From contig WGBD01000007.1 in the NCBI GenBank assembly GCA_015494465.1, positions 3,009 to 67,008 of the forward strand: a stretch of 64,000 nt of DNA. The letters run 5' to 3'. A model generated the notes under the pieces. The model was not told where the DNA came from. It was given only the letters and a program-made list of their open reading frames with translations, and did not search any database. The position numbers and the translations under genes are program-made. This DNA is from Candidatus Omnitrophota bacterium. Lineage in GTDB: Bacteria > Omnitrophota > Gorgyraeia > S143-82. Below, in pieces: positions 37,480 through 47,517 of this stretch (position 1 is the first letter of the stretch; every line of letters begins with the position of its first letter).

Positions 37480-37880
37480 AGCTCCTTGCGAATCCTGTCC
37501 AGGATACCGTTCACGAACTTATAGGCCTCTTCTTCGCCGTACTTCTTGGCCAACTCCACTGCCTCGTTGATCGAGACCTTAGGAGGGATGTCCTCCGCAA
37601 ACAACAACTCTGCAGTACCCAGCCTCAGTATGTTCCTGTCCACCACTGCCATCCTGTCCAACGGCCAGTTGGAGGCAAATTTGGATATCGCGGAATCGAT
37701 TTCTTCTCGATGTTCCTCTGCCAGGCGCAACAGGCGTCTAGCGAAGTCCAAGACCTCGGGATCGGGGAGTCCTTCTATGTTGATCACCGAATCGAGACAG
37801 TCCAGGGCAGAGGTGCCGTTTATGTCCGCGGTATAAAGGGCCTGCAAGGCGTATTCCCTGGCGAGGGTGCGCTTTCTCAT
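37464..37880 (-). CDS. nusB: Transcription antitermination factor NusB
   Basis: R..AREYALQALY, DRNILR, INEAVELAKKY, FVNGILD. Confidence 0.95.
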   Translation of the reverse strand: MRKRTLAREYALQALYTADINGTSALDCLDSVINIEGLPDPEVLDFARRLLRLAEEHREEIDSAISKFASNWPLDRMAVVDRNILRLGTAELLFAEDIPPKVSINEAVELAKKYGEEEAYKFVNGILDRIRKELCPTK

Positions 37881-37886
37881 CGTGCC

Positions 37887-38345
37887 TTATCCAAGCGACT
37901 CCATCAGGTTCACCATCTCCACTGCGGTCCTGGCGGAATCCCGTCCCCGGTTGCCCAACTTACTGCCCGCCCTGTCCACCGCCTGGTCCATGGCATCCGC
38001 AGTGATCACCCCGTAGACGATCGGTTTCTCTAGCTCTAGGCTCGTCTGGGCGATACCCTTCGCGGTCTCTGCGGAGACGAAGTCGAAGTGAGGGGTCTCT
38101 CCCCTTATTATCACCGCCAGGCAGATCACTGCATCCGCCTTCCTAGCACACCGCTTGGCGACCAAGGGGATCTCGAAGGCCCCGGGGGTCCAGACCACCC
38201 TTATGTTCTCCTCTCTTACGCCTAAGCGCAGGAGCTCGTCTAGACAGCCCTCGAGGAGCATCCGAGTAAACAACTCGTTAAATCGGGAGACCACCACGCA
38301 GAACTTGGCCTGGCTATTGGAAAGCTTGACCTTTATCTCCTCCAT
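37887..38345 (-). CDS. ribH: 6,7-dimethyl-8-ribityllumazine synthase
   Basis: VSRFN, PGAFEIP, IRGETPHFD. ribH-nusB order. Confidence 0.95.
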   Translation of the reverse strand: MEEIKVKLSNSQAKFCVVVSRFNELFTRMLLEGCLDELLRLGVREENIRVVWTPGAFEIPLVAKRCARKADAVICLAVIIRGETPHFDFVSAETAKGIAQTSLELEKPIVYGVITADAMDQAVDRAGSKLGNRGRDSARTAVEMVNLMESLG

Positions 38346-38455
38346 AGCAACGCCTCCTTTCCCTGAACCCACGCATCTAATTTACCACACATCTTATTGA
38401 TTTTACTTCAACAAGACGGATATGGGAAATCGAAAATAGTCAGCAGGCCTTATCC

Positions 38456-39289
38456 CTAGAACGAGTAAACCCAATAAGGGAAGAGAAATCTAATTATGGC
38501 CTCACCTTTGAAAAGGCATATCACCGCCCCCAAGGCCAGTGCAGGACCGAAGGGGAGGGTATTGTCCTTGTAACGGATCAGCTGATAGATCCCGATAACA
38601 CTGCCGACGAAACAGCCCAGGAAGAAGGAAAGGATAGCGCACTTCCAACCCAAAAAGGCACCTATCATTGCCTGCAATTTTACATCGCCCCCTCCCATTG
38701 CCTCTTTCTTGAATATCCACTCCCCAATTATCCCCACGACATAGACCAGAGCCCCTCCAGCAAGGGCCCCCACGAAGGAGGCCCACAATCCCTGAAGGTG
38801 GGCCTGTTGACCGTGGAGCTGGGGATGAAGAAAGCTGATCACCAGGCCTAACAGCATCCCACCGAGGCTTACCTCATCGGGTATGATACGGTGCTCCACA
38901 TCCACCAGGCTCCCCACCAACAGGAGTGAGAAGAATAGGATAAACGCGAACATCTCAGGGGAAAGCCCCCAAAAGTAATAGCAAAAGACCCAGATGAATG
39001 CACTCGTCAGCTCCACCAAGGGGTACCTTTTGGGTATCCTGGCCCCGCAATACCTGCACCTCCCCTTCAAAAGGAGATAACTTAGGACCGGTATGTTGTC
39101 CTTCCAGGCCAAGGGATGCCTACAGGCAGGGCAATAAGACCCAGGGGTGATTATGTTGTTCTCCGGGGGCTCCTTTGGCCAGCGGTAAATGCAGACATTG
39201 AGGAAACTGCCCCAGATCAGTCCTATCACAGCGAAAAAGAGCATCCATCCCCAGTCAGGTACGGAAAGAAGTATCTCCTCAAACATCAT
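38456..39289 (-). CDS. pilD: Prepilin peptidase/N-methyltransferase (A24)
   Basis: GSFLNVCIYR.P, CPAC and CRYC Zn motifs, D..H.IIPD, MGGGDVK, PFGP. Confidence 0.92.
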   Translation of the reverse strand: MMFEEILLSVPDWGWMLFFAVIGLIWGSFLNVCIYRWPKEPPENNIITPGSYCPACRHPLAWKDNIPVLSYLLLKGRCRYCGARIPKRYPLVELTSAFIWVFCYYFWGLSPEMFAFILFFSLLLVGSLVDVEHRIIPDEVSLGGMLLGLVISFLHPQLHGQQAHLQGLWASFVGALAGGALVYVVGIIGEWIFKKEAMGGGDVKLQAMIGAFLGWKCAILSFFLGCFVGSVIGIYQLIRYKDNTLPFGPALALGAVICLFKGEAIIRFLFPYWVYSF

Positions 39290-39660
39290 TGCCCCTCGTT
39301 GGCCTGCGACTCTTTCTGACTTTTCCTGGCTATCAGAAACGACTCCACTAAAGCCCAAAAGAAGATCACCGTAAACAGGACCCCCCACAAAAACACCCGC
39401 CGCAGGACCGAGAACATGTCGACATCGAGGTCCATTCCCCCGCCGTTCAATAGGACGCTGGGATCGGAGAACACCGCGGAGTAAAATTCCCAGGCTATCC
39501 GCAGGGGCTCACTCATCCCCCAGAGGGAGACTAGGGCAATACCTATGAAGATCAGGCCTTTCAACCACCTACCGAGGTAAAGATGACCCAGCCCCGGACA
39601 CACAAGGCTGAGGGTAACCGCGTAGAGCTTACTCTTCTTCCTTCCCGTCCTTCTTGCCAC
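39286..39660 (-). CDS. Small membrane protein of unknown function
   Basis: PGLGHLYLG motif and several hydrophobic segments. Coupled between thyX and pilD. Confidence 0.65.
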   Translation of the reverse strand: MARRTGRKKSKLYAVTLSLVCPGLGHLYLGRWLKGLIFIGIALVSLWGMSEPLRIAWEFYSAVFSDPSVLLNGGGMDLDVDMFSVLRRVFLWGVLFTVIFFWALVESFLIARKSQKESQANEGQ

Positions 39661-40384
39661 CTAGCACCTCTTCTTTCAAGGGATACCGCCCACAAGAGAA
39701 CTCCCCTTCCGGGCAGTAGCCCAATAACTCACACTTGGGTCCTACTGGCTCGAACACCACTGGCAGAACCGCCCTAACCAATTCCAGCATCTTGTAGGCC
39801 AAGGCCCTTATCTCCCACTGGGCCCGGGTACAACAGCGTTGGGCGAAGAAGTGGATGAGCTCCCGGGTGTTCATCGTTAGCACCAACTTGGTCTCGCAGG
39901 CATTGGGTAGGATGTAACGGGCGTCCTGATACACGCTTTCACCCTTTGCCCCGTATTCCTGTTCCAGGATAGCGATCAGTTCCTGATAGGCGGTCTCGAT
40001 ACTGCTGATCACATCCAGGAAGCGTTTTCTGGCGGTATCCACCTTCTCAATGCTTGGAGGGATGACAAACGGCAGGTCCTTTAGCTCTACATAACGCTGG
40101 CTCTGCTGGGAGTAGGAGGCTATCCTGTGCCTCACCAACTGATGAGAACAGGCCCGAGATATCCCCTCCACTGCAAAGGTGAAGCTCACATGCTCCAACG
40201 GGCTCTCGTGCCCCGAGCTCACCACCTTGCGCACCAATGCCTCCTTCTTTTCCACCGGGATGGCCTTTAGATCCACATCCGCTATGCTACCCTTGTAATA
40301 GCACTGTCTACAGGCGAGGTAGATGACATCCAAAGGGAATGGGGTGTGGGAAAGGAGCTCGACCTTAAGGGTTCGCCTCTGCAT
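39629..40384 (-). CDS. thyX: Flavin-dependent thymidylate synthase
   Basis: GHESPLEH, SRACSHQLVRHR..SYSQQSQRY, ARY.LP, AQWEIR. Confidence 0.95.
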   Translation of the reverse strand: MQRRTLKVELLSHTPFPLDVIYLACRQCYYKGSIADVDLKAIPVEKKEALVRKVVSSGHESPLEHVSFTFAVEGISRACSHQLVRHRIASYSQQSQRYVELKDLPFVIPPSIEKVDTARKRFLDVISSIETAYQELIAILEQEYGAKGESVYQDARYILPNACETKLVLTMNTRELIHFFAQRCCTRAQWEIRALAYKMLELVRAVLPVVFEPVGPKCELLGYCPEGEFSCGRYPLKEEVLGGKKDGKEEE

Positions 40385-41333
40385 ACTCGTAAGCACCTAT
40401 GTTTCGATAGCGTTCGTACCTCTTCCTCAGGAGCTCGTCTATGGGGAGGGAACACTTTTCCTTCAAGTCCTTATCCATGTGCTCCGCAAGTATCCTACCC
40501 GCCTCTTCGGGATAGCGATGGGCCCCTCCTAATGGCTCCGGTATCACCTCGTCTATTATCCCGTAGTGGAGAAGATCGTGGGCGGTCAACTTCAGGGCCT
40601 CAGCAGCCGACTCCACCCCTTCTCCGCCCTTCCAGAGTATCGCAGCGCAACCCTCAGGGGAGATAACCGAGTAATACGCGTTTTCCATCACCGAGACCTT
40701 ATCCCCCACACCGATACCAAGTGCTCCCCCGCTACCACCCTCACCTATCACATAGACTAGTATGGGCGTGCGGATAAAGAACATGTCCCGTATGTTTTCC
40801 GCTATCGCGTGGGCCTGTCCCCGCTCTTCAGCACCTATGCCCGGATAGGCCCCAGGGGTATCTATAAACACGATAACCGGCAGGCCCGCCTTCTCTGCCA
40901 ACCTCATCAACCTCATTGCTTTTCTGTAACCCTCCGGGTGGGCACACCCGAAGTTGCGGTAGATGTTCTCCTTTAGGTTCCTGCCCTTCTGGTGCCCTAT
41001 CACCATCACATATCGCTCTCTGAACCTGGCGATCCCGCCTATTATGGCCTTGTCGTCTGAGAACAACCTGTCACCGTGCAACTCTACGAACCCCTCCATA
41101 AGCATGTTTATGTAATCCAAGGTGTAAGGGCGATCGGGATGGCGGGCGAACTGGACCCTCTGCCAGGCAGTTAGGTTGGAGTAGACCTTCTTCTTCATCT
41201 CCTCCAACCTGCGCTCCATGTGCCGGATCTCCTCCTGAAGGTCAACCTGCTTGTTGTGGGCAAAACGGCGCAACTCCTCTATCTTCTTCTCCAACTCAAC
41301 TATGGGCCTTTCCACATCCAATATCACCTTCAT
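40365..41333 (-). CDS. accA: Acetyl-CoA carboxylase carboxyltransferase alpha subunit
   Basis: ARHP.RP, ELHGDR, PEGYRKA.R, DTPGAYPG..AEERGQ, GEGGSGGAL, YSVISPEGCA.ILW. Confidence 0.96.
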   Translation of the reverse strand: MKVILDVERPIVELEKKIEELRRFAHNKQVDLQEEIRHMERRLEEMKKKVYSNLTAWQRVQFARHPDRPYTLDYINMLMEGFVELHGDRLFSDDKAIIGGIARFRERYVMVIGHQKGRNLKENIYRNFGCAHPEGYRKAMRLMRLAEKAGLPVIVFIDTPGAYPGIGAEERGQAHAIAENIRDMFFIRTPILVYVIGEGGSGGALGIGVGDKVSVMENAYYSVISPEGCAAILWKGGEGVESAAEALKLTAHDLLHYGIIDEVIPEPLGGAHRYPEEAGRILAEHMDKDLKEKCSLPIDELLRKRYERYRNIGAYEYAEANP

Positions 41334-42217
41334 CACTTCACCACCTTGACCTCAGTCCCCTTAGGGACTATAGCAAACAGCTCCTCCACATCCTCGTTGC
41401 GCATCCTCACACAGCCGTTGGTCTCGTAAGTGCCTATGGTCTCTGGGGAGGTGGTGCCGTGTATACCGTAGGAGCCGTTCCCGTAGTCAAAACCCATCCA
41501 ACGACTACCTAATATGTTCTCGGGATCGCCTGGGGGTATCGCTTTGCCGTCGTGGAAGAAGGTGGGATCCTTGAGTTTGGTCACTATCTTGAAGGTGCCT
41601 TCGGGGGTGAGGTCGTTCTTACCGGTAGAGACCTTGTAGGTCTTTATCAACCTCCCATTGGCGTACAACCTCAACTCGTTTTGGGACTTGTCCACCACTA
41701 TAGAGAACTTCCCGGTGTATATGCTCAACCTCTGCCCTGGCTTTATGATGTCGGAGGTTAGGTGATTGCGCAGCTTGATGAACTCGACGGTGGTGTTAAA
41801 ACGCTTGGCTATCCCGTAAAGGGTGTCCCCGGGTTTGACCACATACTCGACGGTCTCCCCCTCGATCTGCACAGGGTTGGTAATCATCGCGAAGTCTATC
41901 TCCTGAAGGAGCCGTCCTGCGGATTCCAGGAGCTCCTGGTCCTGGGCAGAGTTGAGGACACCTTCCACGATCTGCCGAGCAGATAGGTAGTGGCCTTCTT
42001 TAAACTGCCTCCTAGCCTCCTCTAGTTTGGCCCCGAGGGCCCGTTCTCCTTGAGAATCAGTACCTTTCTCCCGTTGGAGGCCCGCCTCCACGCGGGGGCT
42101 ACCCTTAGGAGAAGGCGTCTCGTTACCCGACCTAACGACAAAGAGCAGTAGCAAGAGGAGAATCGCCCCCCCTACCCAAAACGGCCACTTTATCCTCTTC
42201 CAGTCTATCCTTGCCAC
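41333..42217 (-). CDS. LysM-domain L,D-transpeptidase (YkuD family)
   Basis: N-terminal TM, LysM (YVVKPGDTLYGIAK), YGIHGT...TNGCVRM catalytic motif. Confidence 0.9.
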   Translation of the reverse strand: MARIDWKRIKWPFWVGGAILLLLLLFVVRSGNETPSPKGSPRVEAGLQREKGTDSQGERALGAKLEEARRQFKEGHYLSARQIVEGVLNSAQDQELLESAGRLLQEIDFAMITNPVQIEGETVEYVVKPGDTLYGIAKRFNTTVEFIKLRNHLTSDIIKPGQRLSIYTGKFSIVVDKSQNELRLYANGRLIKTYKVSTGKNDLTPEGTFKIVTKLKDPTFFHDGKAIPPGDPENILGSRWMGFDYGNGSYGIHGTTSPETIGTYETNGCVRMRNEDVEELFAIVPKGTEVKVVK

Positions 42218-42218
42218 A

Positions 42219-42680
42219 TCACACCCCCCAGTAATGGGCACACACCAGCGCGGTACTCACACCTATCAAGAAACCTACGAACACCTCGAACGGCGTATGG
42301 CCCAACAGTTCCCACAATCTCCCTTCCGATATCTTTCCGCTGAGGTACAACTCGTCCATTATCTTATTGAGAATCGCTGCCTGTTTCCCCGCAGCCCTGC
42401 GCACACCCTGAGCGTCGAACATGGTGAGAAAGGCTACCACGAAGGCTATGGCAAAGTAGGTGGAATCCCATCCGTGTTTAAGCCCCACAGCAGTGGCAAA
42501 GCAGGAAACCCCAGAAGAATGGGCGCTAGGCATACCTCCGGTCCCCACGAACCAACGAAAGTCGAACCTGCGCTCCCTTATAATTCCCCAGATGACCTTC
42601 AGGCTCTGGCCTACTGCCCAACCAACAAAGCCTATCCAAAATACCTTGTTATGCAAAAACCCTTGGAAGAACTCCTGCAT
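42219..42680 (-). CDS. Divergent PAP2-family membrane protein (DUF212)
   Basis: GGMPSAHS, DAQGVRRAAG.QA..LN, ELLGHTP.EV. Confidence 0.9.
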   Translation of the reverse strand: MQEFFQGFLHNKVFWIGFVGWAVGQSLKVIWGIIRERRFDFRWFVGTGGMPSAHSSGVSCFATAVGLKHGWDSTYFAIAFVVAFLTMFDAQGVRRAAGKQAAILNKIMDELYLSGKISEGRLWELLGHTPFEVFVGFLIGVSTALVCAHYWGV

Positions 42681-42682
42681 AT

Positions 42683-43402
42683 TTATTCAAAAACCGGGAT
42701 CACTTCAACGGAGATGTCGCTCTCTACCTGAGAACCCAGCGTAGGCCTTCCGTTGTAGATGACATACCCTCGGTTGCCCTTTATGTGCTTCCGGGCCTCT
42801 TCCCTCTGGCGCTTCCTCTCCAGGTAAAGCCGTAAGCGCAGATCCCTCATCGCCTGCTTCAGCTTGTCCATGGAATTGAGAGTCCCCTGGAGTTCCTTAA
42901 CCTTGGACTTTAACACCCTGTTCTCCAGCTTGACCGCAGAAAGCTGACCCTCCAACGCCTGGAGCCGGGCCTGGAGCTCGCGCTTCTCCTGGCCAGCGTA
43001 GTTCAGCTGTTTGGTGAGCATCACGATCTTCTCGTCCTTTTGCTCGAGCTGGGTCTTCAGGTCCGCATTTTCCCTAGTAATCTTCTGGTACACCTGTTCT
43101 ATCCTCTCCACCCTCTCCAGTAACTCCGCGTACTTGCGTTCCAACTCGTCCTTCTCCTGTTTGAGGAGTTCTAATTCCTCGTTCGTCTTCTCCTCAGTAG
43201 ATCCTCCTTTGGGAGTCGGTGCCTCTTCCGGACCGGACTCTACCTGCGAGTTGGGCCCAGTCTGGGGGGCGTAGTTGACCTCGAGCATCCCCGTGTCACT
43301 TAACACCTGGTAGGTGTGCACTTTCCACCACTGATAGAAAAACAACCCCCAGCCAGACAGCGTCAACACGAACACCAAAAATATTCCGACGCCCCGCCAC
43401 AT
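42683..43402 (-). CDS. Membrane-anchored coiled-coil protein of unknown function
   Basis: N-terminal TM, long heptad region, short C-terminal GNRGY motif. SD AAGGAGG. Confidence 0.7.
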   Translation of the reverse strand: MWRGVGIFLVFVLTLSGWGLFFYQWWKVHTYQVLSDTGMLEVNYAPQTGPNSQVESGPEEAPTPKGGSTEEKTNEELELLKQEKDELERKYAELLERVERIEQVYQKITRENADLKTQLEQKDEKIVMLTKQLNYAGQEKRELQARLQALEGQLSAVKLENRVLKSKVKELQGTLNSMDKLKQAMRDLRLRLYLERKRQREEARKHIKGNRGYVIYNGRPTLGSQVESDISVEVIPVFE

Positions 43403-43519
43403 AACCGCCTCCTTGCCTAAGGACTTTAGGCCCTCTCCCCCCTCTGGCCCAATAATTATACCTCAAACCGCTTCACATTGAAAATGTTAAGAATCAAGAT
43501 CAGTACGCTTGACCCTAGA

Positions 43520-44056
43520 CTACTTTTTCTCGCCCTCGTCGGTCAAGTATACCAATCTATTTGGTCTAAGGTGAAAGCGAGGGAGGAACAGCTTTTTGAA
43601 GACGAAGGTATATATCTGAGACGGCAGTACATACAAGTACCTGCTCACCCTCCCGTTCTCCACCGACTTCACCGCAAAGTCCCAAGGGGCCAGGTATATC
43701 CAGAACATAAACATCGATGCCGTCAAGACCCCGGTGATCAGGGAGAGCAATGCGGAGAATAGCCTCTCTAGACCGAACGCAGAGGAGCTGACGAAGAAAA
43801 AGACCAACAGCTCTCTGAATATCCTGGCCACCAGCATGGAGCCAACCAACAACATACCCACGCTGACGAAGTCACCGAACTCGGTAGGGAGCACGGAGAA
43901 CCGCGCCTTTATGGCGTCGGTCACCTCAGGATACGAGTGGAGAACGAGCATGAGTATAACGAAGATGGCCACCACATTGTAAACCGCCACCAACAGCCCC
44001 CGTTTGATCCCACCCAATACCGCCAAGAGGATCAACAATATAACGAAGATGTCCAT
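43520..44056 (-). CDS. CvpA (colicin V production)-family membrane protein
   Basis: MDIF.IL......G.KRG start, four TM segments, LERLF motif. Confidence 0.7.
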   Translation of the reverse strand: MDIFVILLILLAVLGGIKRGLLVAVYNVVAIFVILMLVLHSYPEVTDAIKARFSVLPTEFGDFVSVGMLLVGSMLVARIFRELLVFFFVSSSAFGLERLFSALLSLITGVLTASMFMFWIYLAPWDFAVKSVENGRVSRYLYVLPSQIYTFVFKKLFLPRFHLRPNRLVYLTDEGEKK

Positions 44057-44074
44057 CACTACCCCGCCCATGCC

Positions 44075-44635
44075 TCACCTCCTCAAAAGAAGACTCAATA
44101 CCTCGTTACGGGACTTCGCGTTCTCCCGAAATATTCCCCTCACCGCACTGGTCACGACCGTAGCACCCGGTTTGCGCACCCCCCTCATACTCATGCAGAG
44201 GTGCTCTGCCTCGACTATCACCATCACCCCTAACGGATCGAGTCGCCGGGAAATGACATCGGCTATCTGGGTGGTAAGCCTCTCCTGGATCTGCAGTCTG
44301 CGGGATAGGACCTCCACTACCTTGACCAACTTACTGAGCCCTGCAATCCTCCCGTGCTTGGGTAGATAGGCGAGGTGCACCTTCCCGAAGAAGGGTAAGA
44401 TGTGGTGTTCGCAGAGGGAGTGGAAGTCTATCTCCCGAACGAGTATGATCTCGTCGTGGCGCTCTTCTAGGGCAGTGGTCAACCCCTCCCCCGGATCTTG
44501 CCCCATCCCTGACAACAGTTCCTCGTACAGCTCCGCTACCCGTTCAGGGGTACGCACCAGGTCCGGGCGCTCTGGATCCTCTCCCAGGGCCTTTAGGAGT
44601 TCGCGTACTAGATAGACGACCCTCTCTTTATCCAT
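44075..44635 (-). CDS. folE: GTP cyclohydrolase I
   Basis: TPERVA, SLCEHHILPF.G, GLSKL, RLQIQERLT, HLCMSMRGV. Confidence 0.95.
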   Translation of the reverse strand: MDKERVVYLVRELLKALGEDPERPDLVRTPERVAELYEELLSGMGQDPGEGLTTALEERHDEIILVREIDFHSLCEHHILPFFGKVHLAYLPKHGRIAGLSKLVKVVEVLSRRLQIQERLTTQIADVISRRLDPLGVMVIVEAEHLCMSMRGVRKPGATVVTSAVRGIFRENAKSRNEVLSLLLRR

Positions 44636-44648
44636 ATCAGATCCTCTC

Positions 44649-45623
44649 TCAGACCAACAACAGCCCAAGATCCACTGCCAGTTCGGGCAGGAATGGGCGG
44701 ATGTCCACCTCTTGGTCCTCACAGACGATTCTAGACTCCGACAGGGAAAAGAGCTCTACATCCATGTTCAGCCTGTCACTAACCACATCCAACAACCCCT
44801 TCAACTTGGCCCCTCCACCTACCAGCAAGAGCTTCTCCGGGATCTCGCCAAACTGGCTCTCGTAAAAGTCTACGGAGATAAAGACCTCGTTACACAAAGA
44901 GGTTATCACCCTGTTGGCCAACGAGATCACATCCGCCACCGCGTTTTCTCCCTTCTTTATCGCCTCCGCGGTGTCCAACGGGACATCCAACCTCTCTTTT
45001 ATAAACAAGTCTATGTCGTAACTGCCCAGCTTCACATATCGCACGAAGCTTATCTTCCCCTCCTTCAGGATCATTATCTTGGTATGTCGAGCTCCCATGT
45101 CCACCACGCACAGGGGTTGGGAGTAGAGGGGGTAAAGGTAAGACATGAGGTTGGCCAACACCAAAGAGTCTACGGAGATAAACCGAGTGCGAAATCCTAT
45201 CTCCCTGACGATCGTCTCAACCTCGTCTAAATAGCCCTTGCGCACGCCTACTAATAAGACCGGCTCCTCCACCACCGCAGTGCGAGAAAAGACCATCGGC
45301 TCTACGACGACCTGCCCTACGGAGGGGGAGATGTACTTCTTGGACTCGGAAGCAACCACTGATTCCAATCTTTTCACCGGGACATTGGGGAACATAGCGT
45401 ACCTGAAGATGGCATAGGCACTGGGAATGGCTATGTGGAGCCAGCCCCTGTGGATGTCCAGCTCCCAAAGGGCCTCTTTGAGGGCAGAAACTATGTGCTT
45501 CAGGGGATTGAGGTGGGTTTCGTAGGGCTGGATGATAAAGTCCTCGACTACGAACTTCCCTCTACGCTTTTCTCCTATCAGGACCTTGACCGCCGAGGAT
45601 CCCAGATCAACGCATATCCTCAT
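44649..45623 (-). CDS. pilM: Type IV pilus assembly protein PilM (actin-like)
   Basis: VDLGSSAVK, VDMGA..T, S.DFY..Q, LVGGGAKL.GL, LAV.LGL. Confidence 0.75.
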   Translation of the reverse strand: MRICVDLGSSAVKVLIGEKRRGKFVVEDFIIQPYETHLNPLKHIVSALKEALWELDIHRGWLHIAIPSAYAIFRYAMFPNVPVKRLESVVASESKKYISPSVGQVVVEPMVFSRTAVVEEPVLLVGVRKGYLDEVETIVREIGFRTRFISVDSLVLANLMSYLYPLYSQPLCVVDMGARHTKIMILKEGKISFVRYVKLGSYDIDLFIKERLDVPLDTAEAIKKGENAVADVISLANRVITSLCNEVFISVDFYESQFGEIPEKLLLVGGGAKLKGLLDVVSDRLNMDVELFSLSESRIVCEDQEVDIRPFLPELAVDLGLLLV

Positions 45624-46446
45624 CCATCCCCCCCACCAGGCTACTCCTCACCAACGGGCCCACCCACACCTGGGTAAAACCCACCTCTAGAGCCAGTTCG
45701 TATATCTTTTCGAACTCCCCCAAGGAATAGCACTTCTCAACAGGAGCGCTATCCCTTCGAGGAGGCAGGTATTGTCCAACGCAGAGCAGGCTACAACCGG
45801 TCCTGCGAACATCCCTAAAAAGGGATTCCAACTCCCAAAGCTCCTCCCCCAGTCCTAGCATCACTGCGGTCTTCACCCTAGGTCCCCGGGCTGAGACCAG
45901 GAGCTCTAAGACCCTCAAAGAGCGCTCGTAAGAGGCCATAGGGCGAATAGAGGGATAGAGTCTAGGGACCGTTTCGATGTTATGGCCTACGAGCTCCACA
46001 TCGAGATGCGCCACCTTCTCGATAGCCTCTTTTCTCCCCCCAAAGTCAGGGATTAACAACTCTATTTTAAGATAGGGAAAGCTCTGCTTCAAGGAGTTAA
46101 CCACATCACAAAAGTGCCTTGCCCCTCCGTCGGGCAGATCGTCCCTGGTTACCGAGGTGATCACCAAGGAGCGAATACCCGCCTTGGCGATCAATTCCCG
46201 CAACCTCTCTATCTCTCCTCGAAAGTCCTCCCCTTTGGCGGCCTTCTCTACCCCACAAAACCTGCAGTTCCTTGTGCACACGCTCCCCAATATCAGGACC
46301 GAGACCTGCCTCTGGGAAAAGCAGAGCCCACGATTGGGACACCTCCCCGAGGTGCAAATGGTCTCTATCCCAAGTCCCTTCAATTCCGAGTAGAACCCCA
46401 CCGCCTGGTGGGAAAGCCTAGCCTTGGGGAACACGAAAGCGGACAT
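45607..46446 (-). CDS. lipA: Lipoyl synthase
   Basis: CX4CX5C (CTSGRCPNRGLC), radical SAM CTRNCRFC, TSVTRDDLPDGGA, GQYL, PLVRSS. Confidence 0.9.
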   Translation of the reverse strand: MSAFVFPKARLSHQAVGFYSELKGLGIETICTSGRCPNRGLCFSQRQVSVLILGSVCTRNCRFCGVEKAAKGEDFRGEIERLRELIAKAGIRSLVITSVTRDDLPDGGARHFCDVVNSLKQSFPYLKIELLIPDFGGRKEAIEKVAHLDVELVGHNIETVPRLYPSIRPMASYERSLRVLELLVSARGPRVKTAVMLGLGEELWELESLFRDVRRTGCSLLCVGQYLPPRRDSAPVEKCYSLGEFEKIYELALEVGFTQVWVGPLVRSSLVGGMDEDMR

Positions 46447-46450
46447 CTGC

Positions 46451-47497
46451 CTACTTCTCGGACTTGGCCCTTATCCTATCGTAGATGGACTTGAGCAGTG
46501 ACCTCGCAGTATCAGGGTGATCCTGGAGGTACTTCACCGCGTTCTCCTTGCCCTGTCCCAGCTTGAGATCCCCCATAGTGTACCAGGCACCGGACCTGCT
46601 TATAATACCCAGCTTGAGACCGGCGTCCAGAAGCGAGCCTTCAAACCATATCCCTCGATCGTAAAGGATCTCGAACTCTGCCTCCCGAAACGGAGGGGCC
46701 ACCTTGTTCTTCACTACCTTTGCCCGCACCAGGTTGCCGATTATCTGATCCCCCTTCTTGATGGGAGACAACCTCCTGAGGTCTATCCTAACCGAGGAGT
46801 AAAACTTCAGGGCCCGTCCCCCGGGCGTAGTCTCTGGATTGCCAAACATCACCCCTATCTTTTCTCGTATCTGGTTGATGAACAATACGCAGGTACGGGT
46901 CTTGCTTATCGTCCCGGTAAGCTTACGCAGGGCCTGGGACATGAGCCTCGCTTGGAGTCCTACGAAGGAATCTCCCATGTTCCCCTCCAACTCCGCCCGA
47001 GGGGTAAGGGCAGCGACCGAATCCACTACGATCACATCCACCGCGTTGGAGCGCACAAGGGTCTCAGCGATCTCAAGGGCTTGTTCCCCCGTATCGGGCT
47101 GAGAGACCAAGAGATCGGTCACATTGACGCCCACCTTCTGGGCGTAGGAGGGATCAAATGCGTGTTCTGCGTCTATAAAGGCAGCGATACCTCCTTGTTT
47201 CTGGGCCTGGGCGATTACGCTGAGGGTGAGCGTCGTCTTACCACTGGATTCGGGCCCAAATATCTCGACTATCCTGCCCCTAGGCACACCTCCAACGCCC
47301 AGCGCCACATCCAGGCTCACCGCCCCAGTGGGAATGGCCTCCACATCCAGGTGCCTGCTCTCCCCCAGGCGCATGATGGCGCCCTTACCGAATTGCTTCT
47401 CTATCTGGCTCACCGCCAGCTCCAAGGCCTTACGCTTGTTATCCATCGCCTGCCGGGAATCGGAACGCGCATTCTTCTCTGCAACCTTCTCAGCCAT
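46451..47497 (-). CDS. recA: Recombinase A
   Basis: [41 protein letters not shown]. Confidence 0.98.
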   Translation of the reverse strand: MAEKVAEKNARSDSRQAMDNKRKALELAVSQIEKQFGKGAIMRLGESRHLDVEAIPTGAVSLDVALGVGGVPRGRIVEIFGPESSGKTTLTLSVIAQAQKQGGIAAFIDAEHAFDPSYAQKVGVNVTDLLVSQPDTGEQALEIAETLVRSNAVDVIVVDSVAALTPRAELEGNMGDSFVGLQARLMSQALRKLTGTISKTRTCVLFINQIREKIGVMFGNPETTPGGRALKFYSSVRIDLRRLSPIKKGDQIIGNLVRAKVVKNKVAPPFREAEFEILYDRGIWFEGSLLDAGLKLGIISRSGAWYTMGDLKLGQGKENAVKYLQDHPDTARSLLKSIYDRIRAKSEK

Positions 47498-47517
47498 ATG
47501 TCTGCCTCCTTCTTTCC

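Noticed and set aside
38346-38455. Possible FMN riboswitch before ribH
   Set aside because: The region is short and AT-rich with only an extended -10 and an SD. No RFN consensus is visible.
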